This document shows positions 11,201 to 20,016 of a stretch of 64,000 nt of DNA, piece by piece. Source of the DNA: Bacteroidia bacterium. Lineage in GTDB: Bacteria > Bacteroidota > Bacteroidia > UKL13-3. The translations under genes and the position numbers were made by a program. Position 1 is the stretch's first letter, and each line of letters begins with the position of its first letter. The notes under the pieces are model-generated. The model searched no databases, was not told the origin of the DNA, and saw only the letters and a program-made list of their open reading frames with translations. The stretch lies in contig JBILVK010000003.1 in assembly GCA_044370475.1 (NCBI GenBank), positions 12,452-76,451 of the forward strand, written 5' to 3'.

Positions 11201-13231
11201 ACCTGTAAGGGTGTCTATGGCCAAAAGGGTAACCAAATATGTCCCACTGCTGTCATAATCATGGGTAACATTTCTAGAAGAAGATGTCCAACCATCACCA
11301 AAATTCCAAATAAATTTGTTCCCCCCACGGGTAAGGTTATTAAATGTCACAAACGACTTGGAGCAACCTGCTAAACTGGTAGTAAAACGTGCAATTGGAC
11401 CAAGAATTCGAATGTATTTTTGCTTAACCGTATCAGAGAGACAACCATGATGGTTTGCCACCAAACCAACATCAAAGGTGCCGGTATCTTTAAACACAAT
11501 TTGATTCTCGTTTTGTGATAAAATGATACTCGTATCAATTGGCGTCCAGGTATACTTTAAATTGGGTAAATTAGGAATGCTATTCTTGGTAAAAACCACG
11601 GGTTGTTCACTGTAACAATAAACCCTTTTAAGACTAGAAAAATCAAGCTTTACAGGCATTCCTACCTTCACCGTATCCACTTTTGAAAAGCTGCAACCTT
11701 CTACCGTAGTAGCCAATAATGTTACCAAATAAATACCTGTATCTAAATACGTATAATTTGCATTTTTACTCGTTGCATTTGCACCTACCTTCCCAAAATT
11801 CCAGTTAAACTGTGTAAAAGGTGGAGTATTGGTATCATTCACAAAAAATTGAACCGCCAAAGGAAAGCAACCAGATCTTGGCTGAATAAGAGTTCCAAGC
11901 ATTGCTGGCTTTACCACTATATAGGCAGGCCTCACCAAAGTATCCTTGCATCCATTTGCATGTGTGGTTATCAATGAAACAGTATAGGTACCATTTTGCA
12001 GGTAATTGGCGCTTGGATTTTTTTGGCTTGAACTTGTACTATTTCCAAAGTTCCATTGCCAAGAAACAGCATTGATGCTAGAGTCGCGAAAATTAACGTT
12101 TGCGGGCGTTTTGCAAAACCACAATCTATTGGCATCAAAATTACTTTTAGAAGAAGGCAATACCGTAAAAAAGGAAGGCTTCAAGGCATTTACTATGCAA
12201 TTTCCAATCTTAACCTTGAGTTCCAATGAGTAGGTGCCTGCTGCCAAATTATTTAAAACGGGATGTTTAAAATTTGAAACCAAAGCCCCATTTAAATACC
12301 ACTCATAGGTTATGCCAAAAGTGTCGAAATTGGTAGTATTGAATAGGGCAATTTTTCCAGGCGCACATAAATCTGGAGTACCACTTATGATAAAATTGGG
12401 AACCACATCTACTACCTTAATAAAGGCTGGCTTCACCACATTTACCGTACATTGAGCCGCATTTGTAACCCGCAATGAAACATTAAATTGTCCGTGCGCT
12501 GCATAATTTGCCGCAGGATCTTTAGCGGTGCTCTGGTTGCCATTGCCAAAGTCCCATTTGTAACTGTAGACCGATGCCGGAGAAACGCTACTAGTAAATT
12601 GTGTTGCAAAGGGTGCGGTACAACCAAAGAAAGGGCTGGCCGTAAAATCAACTATAGGTTTGGTCTGAACCAATATATAATTATTTTTAATCAATGCTTT
12701 TTTACACCCGTTGCCATCCGTAACCATCAAACTGATATGGTAAGAACCTCCATTGCTAAATGTGTTAAAAGGATTCTTAAGATTAGAAACCTGACCATCT
12801 CCAAAGTCCCACGACCAAGCAGAAATGGTACTTAATGGCGAGCTGCTTATATCAGTAAAACCAATCTTAAGAGGAGCACAACCAGAGGTACTTGTAACTT
12901 GAAAATCAACGCTAGGTAAAGGATAAACAGTGATATAATCAACCATTGTTTTGATATTGGTACCTAAAGAATTACTTACGGTTAATTTTACGGTATATTT
13001 TCCAGCAGTAACAAAAGAAGCCGATGGATTTTGAAGGGTAGATTTATTTCCATTGCCAAAATCCCATAAATAATTAATGGGATTATTGGTAGAAAGGCTG
13101 GTAAACTGCACCAGCATGGGCGCACAGCCATACGTTTGATTCGCAGAAAAATTGGCAACAGGTTGTGTAAATCCTTTAAAACTAATTAAAAGAAGCACAA
13201 AATATAGCAATTTCCTGGGTATGATAGGCAC
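8225..13231 (-). CDS. Giant PKD-repeat surface protein with a gliding-motility-associated C-terminal domain (T9SS type B sorting domain).
   Basis: 1668 aa. Signal peptide present, many PKD-like repeats (WDFGDG, YTVKLTVSN, GCxxxxxxxI), and FN3-like segments. C-terminal ...YNRWGETVYETTDLYAAWDGTFNGAPAPSDVYVFVATGYGRKGKFATLKGNVTLLR is typical of the CHU_C / T9SS type B domain. Confidence 0.8.
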   Translation of the reverse strand: MPIIPRKLLYFVLLLISFKGFTQPVANFSANQTYGCAPMLVQFTSLSTNNPINYLWDFGNGNKSTLQNPSASFVTAGKYTVKLTVSNSLGTNIKTMVDYITVYPLPSVDFQVTSTSGCAPLKIGFTDISSSPLSTISAWSWDFGDGQVSNLKNPFNTFSNGGSYHISLMVTDGNGCKKALIKNNYILVQTKPIVDFTASPFFGCTAPFATQFTSSVSPASVYSYKWDFGNGNQSTAKDPAANYAAHGQFNVSLRVTNAAQCTVNVVKPAFIKVVDVVPNFIISGTPDLCAPGKIALFNTTNFDTFGITYEWYLNGALVSNFKHPVLNNLAAGTYSLELKVKIGNCIVNALKPSFFTVLPSSKSNFDANRLWFCKTPANVNFRDSSINAVSWQWNFGNSTSSSQKNPSANYLQNGTYTVSLITTHANGCKDTLVRPAYIVVKPAMLGTLIQPRSGCFPLAVQFFVNDTNTPPFTQFNWNFGKVGANATSKNANYTYLDTGIYLVTLLATTVEGCSFSKVDTVKVGMPVKLDFSSLKRVYCYSEQPVVFTKNSIPNLPNLKYTWTPIDTSIILSQNENQIVFKDTGTFDVGLVANHHGCLSDTVKQKYIRILGPIARFTTSLAGCSKSFVTFNNLTRGGNKFIWNFGDGWTSSSRNVTHDYDSSGTYLVTLLAIDTLTGCSSVHSLSVNIQTGIKPSFTMSEKVACMPHTLTLTNTTQPASDFVFCEFTVGGNTYTGNKVNALLVNPGKYSVTMNIRDKNGCSYTLLKTDSILVSGGQVKLNASSFFGCAPMLMQVVDSSRTDLPIRKRIWYWGTGDSTVYGHPDSIYSRYIYQLPPAYQNSGFTLKLVVEDSMGCRFSLNRKLFISKPKPLFTFKQEKNCIADTFVFTPIADDLVGLTPMNYTWNIDNHISTARTLKKVYSADTSILVKLIATDAYNCKDSFAQTFHIVTGPPKVDFDANPKKINCPGPPIYFTDYSKAGTTPIKNWYWEFGDGGQSSLQNPTRIYLLPGSYSVKLTLTDSIGCTSFKSIPDMIVIGGPQGNFTLAPNYGCVPLTVDFSATATNVIKFEWDMGDGTIDTNANTKHTYTQAGRYIPNLTLTDSAGCKVGLPPIDSISVFPNPQVDFFASKKKACLGASITLTGDVVHPFPVNYHVWNIDGVLHYSIGPHTYLCNRLGNIPVMFKVIDDQGCVGQKIDSVAVSVFKDTIPPQKPTAYRASVETDEMVSFSFPSNTEVDFDYYLIHYNWNGVSFGQQRPVNNLNDTFQYFNNLSTRFYNYSYEMQAVDVCNNRSEPSRRHTTVELKANGVVNAVQLNWTPYVGWDSVNTYVVYRLNEQLNLFEKIGEVPGSNLAYVDSLVYCHKLTFYKVMASYGGQVSMSDTAAAIPLFLANTPHTRTVRATVENNRQVLVQWQKRNHKFPYKFVIEKRSLDPNRMFKRIVLDQTETAFLDADVDVQNYAYEYLVFIEDACGGLGEPSNMAKSLLLQIDMEKNDKLVADPVLSWNPYKEWASGVELYELFFRNDSLGIDQLIATKMMGDTFAVKHNYLSFNQDDYCYQVVAYQKDSNWVESWSNLACMNTAPRLYAPNAFTCNGDLLNDGFLIQGVFIKSFELRIYNRWGETVYETTDLYAAWDGTFNGAPAPSDVYVFVATGYGRKGKFATLKGNVTLLR

Positions 13232-13249
13232 AAAATTCTAATTGCTAGC

Positions 13250-14215
13250 AATTTAATACTTTATCTATTTTATTCTAATCCCAAAGGGATAACTTGTATT
13301 AAATCCCGAAGGGATAACACAATCATAATCCCGTAGGGATGACACAACTATAATCCCGTAGGGATAACACCATCATAATCCCAGAGGGATGGCCACATAT
13401 TTAATCCCAGAGGGATGGCATATATATAATTAACTAGATTGCCTAGACAATCATAATCCCGAAGGGATAACACAATCATAATCCCAGAGGGATAACACCA
13501 CCATAATCCCGGAGGGATAACAAAACTATAATCCCGAAGGGATAACACAACTATAATCCCGGAGGATGACATAAACATAATCCCGGAGGGATGGCACGTA
13601 TATAATCCCCAAGGGATAACACAAACATAATCCCAGAGGGATGATATGTATATAACACCCGATGGATAAAACGAATATAACCCTGTAGGGGTGGCATATT
13701 AATAATGCCTTAGAGAATACATTGTCTTGTCCCCTCTATGGTTATATTTATGCCACCCCTCTGGGGTTATAACTAGTTGTTATATTCTCTGAGCTAGATA
13801 CATAGCACCCCTCCGGGGTTATAATTTGTTTATATATATCACCGCAGGGCTCACACAATCATAACCCCAGAGGGGTGGCACTGTCTTGCCCCTTCTATGG
13901 TTATATTTATGCCACCCCTCTGGGGTTATAATTTGTTGGTATATATATTCGAACTAGATATATGCCACCCCTCCGGGGTTATAATTTGTTGGTATATCCA
14001 TCTAACTAGATACATGACACCCCTCCGGGGTTATGGTTTTAGTGATGCATTGGAATTTATAATCATTTCAGCCATAACATTTGTCCCAAGAATGACGTCA
14101 CGATTTTACCCCAAAGGGGTAAAATAATTATAATCCCGGAGGGATGACATATATATAATTCACTAGATTGCCTATAAAATCATAACCCCAGAGGGGTGAC
14201 ATATATATATACCCC
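13250..14215. repeat. Array of about 15 units with 25-bp period (ATAATCCCNNAGGGATRRCAC..., short ATCCC-NNN-GGGAT hairpin), then about 5 units of ~62 bp carrying the ACCCC-TCT-GGGGT hairpin, then a ~160-bp unique-like segment that recurs at 17912-18076.
   Basis: Direct reading. The conserved portion is about 20 bp with only about 5 bp variable per unit. Confidence 0.85.
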
Positions 14216-17200
14216 CTAATCCTTTTTGATATAGATTTTCTTCATCACTTTCACATCATCACCAAAGGTGAAATCCATAAAATATATCCCTTCACTGAAT
14301 GCAGACAAGTCAACATCCATCTCAGTATTTCCTATTTCAAATTTCTGACTAAGCACCACTTTTCCAAAAACATCAAATGCCTTTATCTCTTTCAAATCAT
14401 TACCCTTGTAACTCATGGTAAACCTACCATTGTTAGGATTGGGATATAAATGAATATTTCTATCACCCAAATTATCGTCAATCCCATTGACCTTATTAAT
14501 GGTTATATCCTTATAAACCGTATCACCTTTACATCCATTATTCGCAAGTTCCACCAATTTAATTTGGTCAACACCCACTGTGGTCCATTTAATTTGAATG
14601 CTATTAGAAGTACTGTTTCCCAAACCGTTATTAAAATACCAACTATACGTAGAACCATTACGCGCAGGAACTTGATAAACCACTGTACTAAAATAATCAA
14701 TTACAGAATCTCCAATGATTGGTTTGGTAACAGGATTGTTTACTATATAAACCGTATTGGCAAAAGAATCCATGCAATTACCGGCAATAGAACCATACAA
14801 CTTAATTGGATAGCTATTTTCTACGCTAGCCGGAAAACTAATCACCAAACTTGCACTGGTTGAAGTATCACCATTGCCATATTTCCACAATCTATTGGTA
14901 TTACCAACTGTTGTATCGGTAAAGATAAACTGGTTACCATTTAAACATTGAATCTGTTTATTGATGGTAAAACCCACCTTTAATTTAGGAAGAACATTTA
15001 TAAAAATAAAATTGGAAGTATCCAAAGCAGTTCCAGAATAAACAAGCCTACGATACCAAACAGAACCATTAAGTATTGGAGGAGCATAATTTTGGTTTGT
15101 ATTTAAACCAACTGCAGCTGTATAAGGCCCTGTAGCAGCTGCTGTAGCCTGTATCCACAAATAAGTAAAAATACCATTGCCATTGGTAGGAACCGACCCT
15201 GCCAATGAAATTGGACTTGAACCGGCACATATCGTTTGGTCTGAACCAATAGTATTGTTACCAATATTTGGATTGGATGTTTGCGTAGAACTTTCGGCAA
15301 TTGCAAAATCACTGAATCCTGTTAGGCCACTTCTTGAAACATAAAAGGAATCATTCTTCCCAACTGGCGCAACATGCACACCTGGGATAGTCCAGGGTGA
15401 TGTTGAATTAACTCTTTTAAGCAAGGCCAATTTTTGGTACTGACTCACACCAGTAACATTGTTACCAAAAGCCTTAACAGTATAGGTGCCGCCATTTAGG
15501 CCATTGCCACTGCTAATTTTCCAATAGCCGTCGTCAATGGTTTTAAAAATTGAATCTGTGCCTTGTATCAAAGGTAAGCCACTGTTTCCTGGAAGCGCAC
15601 TCACATAGCTTCCACTTAATGTACCTCCTAAAGTTGGTGCATTGGTGTATTGAACTTGTATCGTTTTTAATTTACTGTTTGAACCAACTGGAAATAGAAA
15701 AACGCCGTTGCCTGCTCCTATCCAAAGGCTCATTTTGCCCCGGATACGTCCGGTGCCAGTTTGCACTACTACCGCTGGATTGCTTGAGTTACCTATGGTT
15801 AATGAATCGGTTGTTGCTATATCTAAAACACCCTGACCAACTGTTAACGACCTACTAATTAATCGGCTGCCAGGAAGTGTTATGGGTGCTGTATTGTTTA
15901 AAGTTACATTGAAGGGCACAAGGGTGTTCGACCATAAATAACTACTTGGTGTGGTTGCAACAGTATTGGCGAACATCAACGTTGAATTAGGACTTGAATA
16001 AACAACACTACCCGCTCCGCTAAATGCACCACTGATATAATTTACTGTGCTTCCTGTTCCAACAACCAAGTTACTATCCAAAACAAAACCAGCAGCATTG
16101 TTAAATACAAAAGTAATGCTATCATCAACATTGGAACGCAAACGCAAGGTTTGAGCGGTATTGCCATTGAATACAATTTGCGGATACAAAGAGCCACTGG
16201 TATTTTTTACCAAACCACCATATTGAAAAAAGTTACCGCCTACAAATAATTGCCCAACTTTTGGATGCGCTCCAATAAAATTTAAGGTCCCACCATTTTG
16301 CAAATAATTACCTTTAACATATAGTCGCGAACCTAAATCGTTGGCATTATTAGAATAATTGCGAATCTGCAAGCCACCTCCGTTTAAGGTTAAGTTGCCT
16401 TCAATGGTGGCAGTCCTATTGCTATCAGGATGGTTAAATTCAACATAACTAGAACCAGTATTGTTGATGGTTACGTTTCCTTTTATTAAAACAGGCACAA
16501 GTGAATTTGTATAATTCGACCTAGCAATAAAATGCAGCGGTCTACTATTTCCATTGGTATTCACCACTAAATTAGAAATACTATCAGGCAAGGTAATAAG
16601 CGCTGTATCCGACCCTGGATGTCCGTTAATAACAACTTGCGAACCCGGCAGAAAAATTCCTTTTAAACTATGCTCTGTTGCATTTGCTGGGAAGTTTAAG
16701 ATCACCCGCCCACTTGGTTGAACTTGTAAAATTGAATCTCTAAAGTCGGCATTTCCTCTACCTCCAGTATAAATAAAATCCCCATTCAAAACTACTTTTG
16801 AACGCAAACTACTTGTTCGGTGAAAGTAAATTTTGTTTGGATAATTTGTTAAATTTATCTGATCAGAAAGTATTTCAAAAGTCCCATTTATTGTAACCAG
16901 ACATTTTTGAAAATGCACAGTTAAAGAATTTTGATATGGTTCAAAAGCACCTTTTTTTGCTGTAATACTATTGACTGTAAACTTACCATTAATAATTGCT
17001 TCACTAGCATTGGATTGGTTCCCAACATCAAAAAAAGCATAAAAACCTGGTATCCATAAATTCCCATTTCCGTAAACATTTAACTCACAATTAGTATCTA
17101 CCTGTAATGAAATTCCACCAACCCCATTTATAGCAAAACAACTTGTGTAGCTATTAGTATTTGATTTACAATGAAGAGTTACTTTCCTGCCATTTGTAAT

Positions 17201-17461
17201 TCTAAGTGTCCCCATTTGAAAAAAGTAATAGTTTGGATTAGAAACATAAATTGCATTTGCAACAATTGTATCTCCACCCAATCCAGAGGTAATAATAATG
17301 GTATCTGTAACAGTAGAAATATTTCTAGAAGGGCTAAAATTTGATGGTGTATAAAAGTTCTCATTATTTGCCCCAATCCAAGTATAAACTGCTGCGTTTA
17401 CCTTTGGTTGAAAAATGAAAAAGATCGCTAAAATGGCAAAGGCTTTAAAAAAAATTTTCAT
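14216..17461 (-). CDS. Secreted adhesin-like repeat protein with a T9SS type A (Por) C-terminal sorting domain.
   Basis: Track ORF is 14216..17500. The signal-peptide start MKIFFKAFAILAIFFIFQPKVNA lies at 17461. The C-terminus ...NIHLYPNPNNGRFTMSYKGNDLKEIKAFDVFGKVVLSQKF...GIYFMDFTF matches the T9SS CTD. Confidence 0.75.
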   Translation of the reverse strand: MKIFFKAFAILAIFFIFQPKVNAAVYTWIGANNENFYTPSNFSPSRNISTVTDTIIITSGLGGDTIVANAIYVSNPNYYFFQMGTLRITNGRKVTLHCKSNTNSYTSCFAINGVGGISLQVDTNCELNVYGNGNLWIPGFYAFFDVGNQSNASEAIINGKFTVNSITAKKGAFEPYQNSLTVHFQKCLVTINGTFEILSDQINLTNYPNKIYFHRTSSLRSKVVLNGDFIYTGGRGNADFRDSILQVQPSGRVILNFPANATEHSLKGIFLPGSQVVINGHPGSDTALITLPDSISNLVVNTNGNSRPLHFIARSNYTNSLVPVLIKGNVTINNTGSSYVEFNHPDSNRTATIEGNLTLNGGGLQIRNYSNNANDLGSRLYVKGNYLQNGGTLNFIGAHPKVGQLFVGGNFFQYGGLVKNTSGSLYPQIVFNGNTAQTLRLRSNVDDSITFVFNNAAGFVLDSNLVVGTGSTVNYISGAFSGAGSVVYSSPNSTLMFANTVATTPSSYLWSNTLVPFNVTLNNTAPITLPGSRLISRSLTVGQGVLDIATTDSLTIGNSSNPAVVVQTGTGRIRGKMSLWIGAGNGVFLFPVGSNSKLKTIQVQYTNAPTLGGTLSGSYVSALPGNSGLPLIQGTDSIFKTIDDGYWKISSGNGLNGGTYTVKAFGNNVTGVSQYQKLALLKRVNSTSPWTIPGVHVAPVGKNDSFYVSRSGLTGFSDFAIAESSTQTSNPNIGNNTIGSDQTICAGSSPISLAGSVPTNGNGIFTYLWIQATAAATGPYTAAVGLNTNQNYAPPILNGSVWYRRLVYSGTALDTSNFIFINVLPKLKVGFTINKQIQCLNGNQFIFTDTTVGNTNRLWKYGNGDTSTSASLVISFPASVENSYPIKLYGSIAGNCMDSFANTVYIVNNPVTKPIIGDSVIDYFSTVVYQVPARNGSTYSWYFNNGLGNSTSNSIQIKWTTVGVDQIKLVELANNGCKGDTVYKDITINKVNGIDDNLGDRNIHLYPNPNNGRFTMSYKGNDLKEIKAFDVFGKVVLSQKFEIGNTEMDVDLSAFSEGIYFMDFTFGDDVKVMKKIYIKKD

Positions 17462-17558
17462 GTTTGTTTTTTTTGAATTTAGGCTAAATATTAATTGCAA
17501 TTTATTGGCTACTTAGTGAAAATAAATAGAGGCAAATTAAGGCATTAGGCTTAGTAAA

Positions 17559-17626
<68 letters not shown>

Positions 17627-17739
17627 CTCAGTAAAATCAGGCAGTTTCAGCCTCTATAAAAAACAAACCAACGCCAAATATTTCCTCATAAAACTGAACA
17701 CATTTTGCCATCATGTTCAGTTTTTCAATAAAAATTGAA

Positions 17740-18190
17740 CATGATTATTTGAATTATATAATCCCTTCACCCGGCTAAAGAAATGTCACCTCTCTGGTAG
17801 TATATATATTCCACCCCTCTGGGGTTATAATTTGTTGTTATATTCTTCGAACTAGATATATGACACCCCTCTGGGGTTATAGTTTTTTGTTATACTCTTC
17901 GAACTAGATACATGACACCCCTCTGGGGTTATGGTTTTAGTGATGCATTGGTATTTATATTTATCTCAGCCAAAACATTTGTCACAAGTATGACGTCACG
18001 ATTATACCCCAAAGGGGTAAAATCGTGATAATCCCGGAGGGATGGCATATATATCAATCACTAGATTGCCTAAACAATAATAATCCCGGAGGGATGACAC
18101 ATATTTAATCCCGGAGGGATGGCATATATATATATCACCGGAGGGTGACACATATATATTCAGTTCAGACCTCCAAAGAATAGCAATTAG
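17740..18190. repeat. Second hairpin-repeat block (ACCCC-TCT-GGGGT units and ATCCCGGAGGGAT units). It includes a ~160-bp segment about 85-90% identical to 14018-14176 and in the same orientation.
   Basis: Direct reading and comparison with the 13900-14200 region. Confidence 0.85.
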
Positions 18191-18208
18191 CAAGAAAAAA
18201 ATATAATT

Positions 18209-18661
18209 TTGTTGCTAATGAAAAACACCTTATACATTAAATCCTTACTGCTTTTATTAATGGGATTTTTGCTTTTTAATCATCAAACTCAAGCCCAAGA
18301 TATTCAAGATTCTAGTGTTGAAAATGAAGTTATTGTTGAAGGAGAAATCATGACTTATGTGGAGCAAATGCCCGAATTTTATGGGGGCAACGAGCAACTT
18401 TATACATATGTAGTTAAAAATTTAAAATACCCAAACCTAGCCAAAGAAAACAAAATTGAAGGCACTGTTTATGTTGGCTTTGTTATAACCAAAGAAGGCA
18501 AGGTAACCAACATCACCCAATTAGGGAAAGCTCAAGGTTGGGGATTAGATGAAGAAGCCATTAGGCTTGTAAAATCAATGCCAGATTGGAGACCTGCCAA
18601 ACAAAATGGCAAACCTGTAAATTGTAAATTCACCTTACCTATCAAATTCAAACTCAATTAA
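18209..18661 (+). CDS. TonB C-terminal domain protein (short paralog).
   Basis: 150 aa with a signal peptide. MPEFYGGNEQLYTYVVKNLKYP...GKPVNCKFTLPIKFKLN parallels the other two TonB-CTD proteins in the window. The start may instead be M5. Confidence 0.6.
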   Translation: MLLMKNTLYIKSLLLLLMGFLLFNHQTQAQDIQDSSVENEVIVEGEIMTYVEQMPEFYGGNEQLYTYVVKNLKYPNLAKENKIEGTVYVGFVITKEGKVTNITQLGKAQGWGLDEEAIRLVKSMPDWRPAKQNGKPVNCKFTLPIKFKLN

Positions 18662-20007
18662 TGCGTATACATTTCATTTCTATTGGCGGTGCTGTAATGC
18701 ACAATATGGCCATCGCTCTTCATAAAAAAGGATATCAAGTAACAGGTACCGACGACGAAATTTATGAGCCTGCCTTATCTCGCTTAAACAAATACGGAAT
18801 TCTACCCAAAGAGTTTGGCTGGAAACCAGAACTTATTACCAAAGATCTAGATGCGGTAATCTTGGGAATGCACGCCCGCAAAGACAATCCAGAGATTGCA
18901 CGTGCGCAAGAACTCGGACTAAAAATATATTCCTTCCCAGAATATATGTATGAGCAAACCAAAGATAAACTTAGAATTGTGGTAGGTGGCAGTCACGGTA
19001 AAACCACCACCACCGCCATGATATTGCATGTATTAAACTACCACAATATGGAGTTTGATTACTTGGTAGGCTCACAATTAGAAGGCTTTGAAACCATGGT
19101 AGGCTTTAGCAATACCTCCAAAATTGCCGTTTTTGAAGGCGATGAATACCTCACTTCTGCCCTCGATTTACGTCCCAAATTTCACTTATACCACGCCAAT
19201 ATTGGCATCATAACTGGCATTGCTTGGGATCATATCAACGTGTTTCCAACCTTTGAAAACTATGTTTGGCAGTTCCAAAAATTTATCACCGATATTCCCA
19301 AAGATGGCGCCATCATTTACTGTGCAGCCGATTCAGAAGTCGAAAAATTATTGGTTCAGACCGAAACGCTTTGCGAAAAAATTGCCTATACCACACCCAA
19401 ATTTTCTGTAGAAAACGGTCAGTTTATTTTACCTCCAGAAAGCACCGGCGCCTCTGCTCCTATTGCACTTTCTTTCTTTGGCACGCACAACTTACAAAAC
19501 ATGATGGCCGCCAAACATGCTTGTATAAAAGCCGGTCTGAACCAAGCACAATTTTACGAGGCCATACAAAGTTTTAAAGGCACTGCCAAGCGTTTAGAAA
19601 CCATCAAAGAAACGCACAATTGCCTAGTGATTCGCGACTTTGCACATGCGCCATCCAAACTAAAAGCAACGGTGAATGCCGTGCGCGAATTATACCCTTC
19701 ACGCAAGCTCATTGCTGCTTATGAATTGCATACTTTTAGCAGTCTCAACAAGGACTTTTTACCACATTACAAAGACACTTTAGACAAGGCAGATATCAGG
19801 GCCGTTTTGTTTAGCAAACATGCCCTAGAAATTAAAAAAATGCCCATGCTTTCTGTTTCAGAAGTAGCCAAAGGATTTGGCGAAAACGTACAAGTATTTA
19901 CCGACAAAAACGAGCTACGCGCCTTTATAGACAGCCATTTCACAGGCAACGAAAACCTACTCCTCATGAGCAGCGGAACCTTTGATGGCATGAGTTTGGA
20001 GTTTTAA
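18661..20007 (+). CDS. mpl: UDP-N-acetylmuramate:L-alanyl-gamma-D-glutamyl-meso-diaminopimelate ligase (murein peptide ligase, Mur ligase family).
   Basis: 448 aa. The N-terminus MRIHFISIGGAVMHNMAIAL...VTGTD and the ATP-binding VGGSHGKTTTTAMILHVL closely resemble E. coli Mpl. Confidence 0.75.
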   Translation: MRIHFISIGGAVMHNMAIALHKKGYQVTGTDDEIYEPALSRLNKYGILPKEFGWKPELITKDLDAVILGMHARKDNPEIARAQELGLKIYSFPEYMYEQTKDKLRIVVGGSHGKTTTTAMILHVLNYHNMEFDYLVGSQLEGFETMVGFSNTSKIAVFEGDEYLTSALDLRPKFHLYHANIGIITGIAWDHINVFPTFENYVWQFQKFITDIPKDGAIIYCAADSEVEKLLVQTETLCEKIAYTTPKFSVENGQFILPPESTGASAPIALSFFGTHNLQNMMAAKHACIKAGLNQAQFYEAIQSFKGTAKRLETIKETHNCLVIRDFAHAPSKLKATVNAVRELYPSRKLIAAYELHTFSSLNKDFLPHYKDTLDKADIRAVLFSKHALEIKKMPMLSVSEVAKGFGENVQVFTDKNELRAFIDSHFTGNENLLLMSSGTFDGMSLEF

Positions 20008-20016
20008 ACTTTAACC

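Noticed and set aside
12488-12835. 115-aa plus-strand ORF inside the PKD giant gene.
   Set aside because: Antisense to a strongly supported 1668-aa CDS. The peptide is Cys/Arg-rich with no domain.
14088-14097. TGACGTCA (CRE/ATF-like palindrome), also present at 17990.
   Set aside because: It is an 8-bp palindrome inside the duplicated flank and is expected to occur occasionally. There is no evidence for a bacterial regulator site.
13348-14127. Track ORFs 13348..13578(-) and 13897..14127(+) (76 aa each), and 18002..18193(-).
   Set aside because: They lie wholly within the hairpin-repeat arrays. Their repetitive peptides (SLRDY, PLWGY) are translation artefacts of the DNA repeat.
13250-14215. 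Possible CRISPR array (regular short repeats with hairpins).
   Set aside because: The period is only 25 bp and about 20 of those are conserved, so there are no spacer-length unique segments. Units degenerate gradually and flip orientation. No cas genes in the window.
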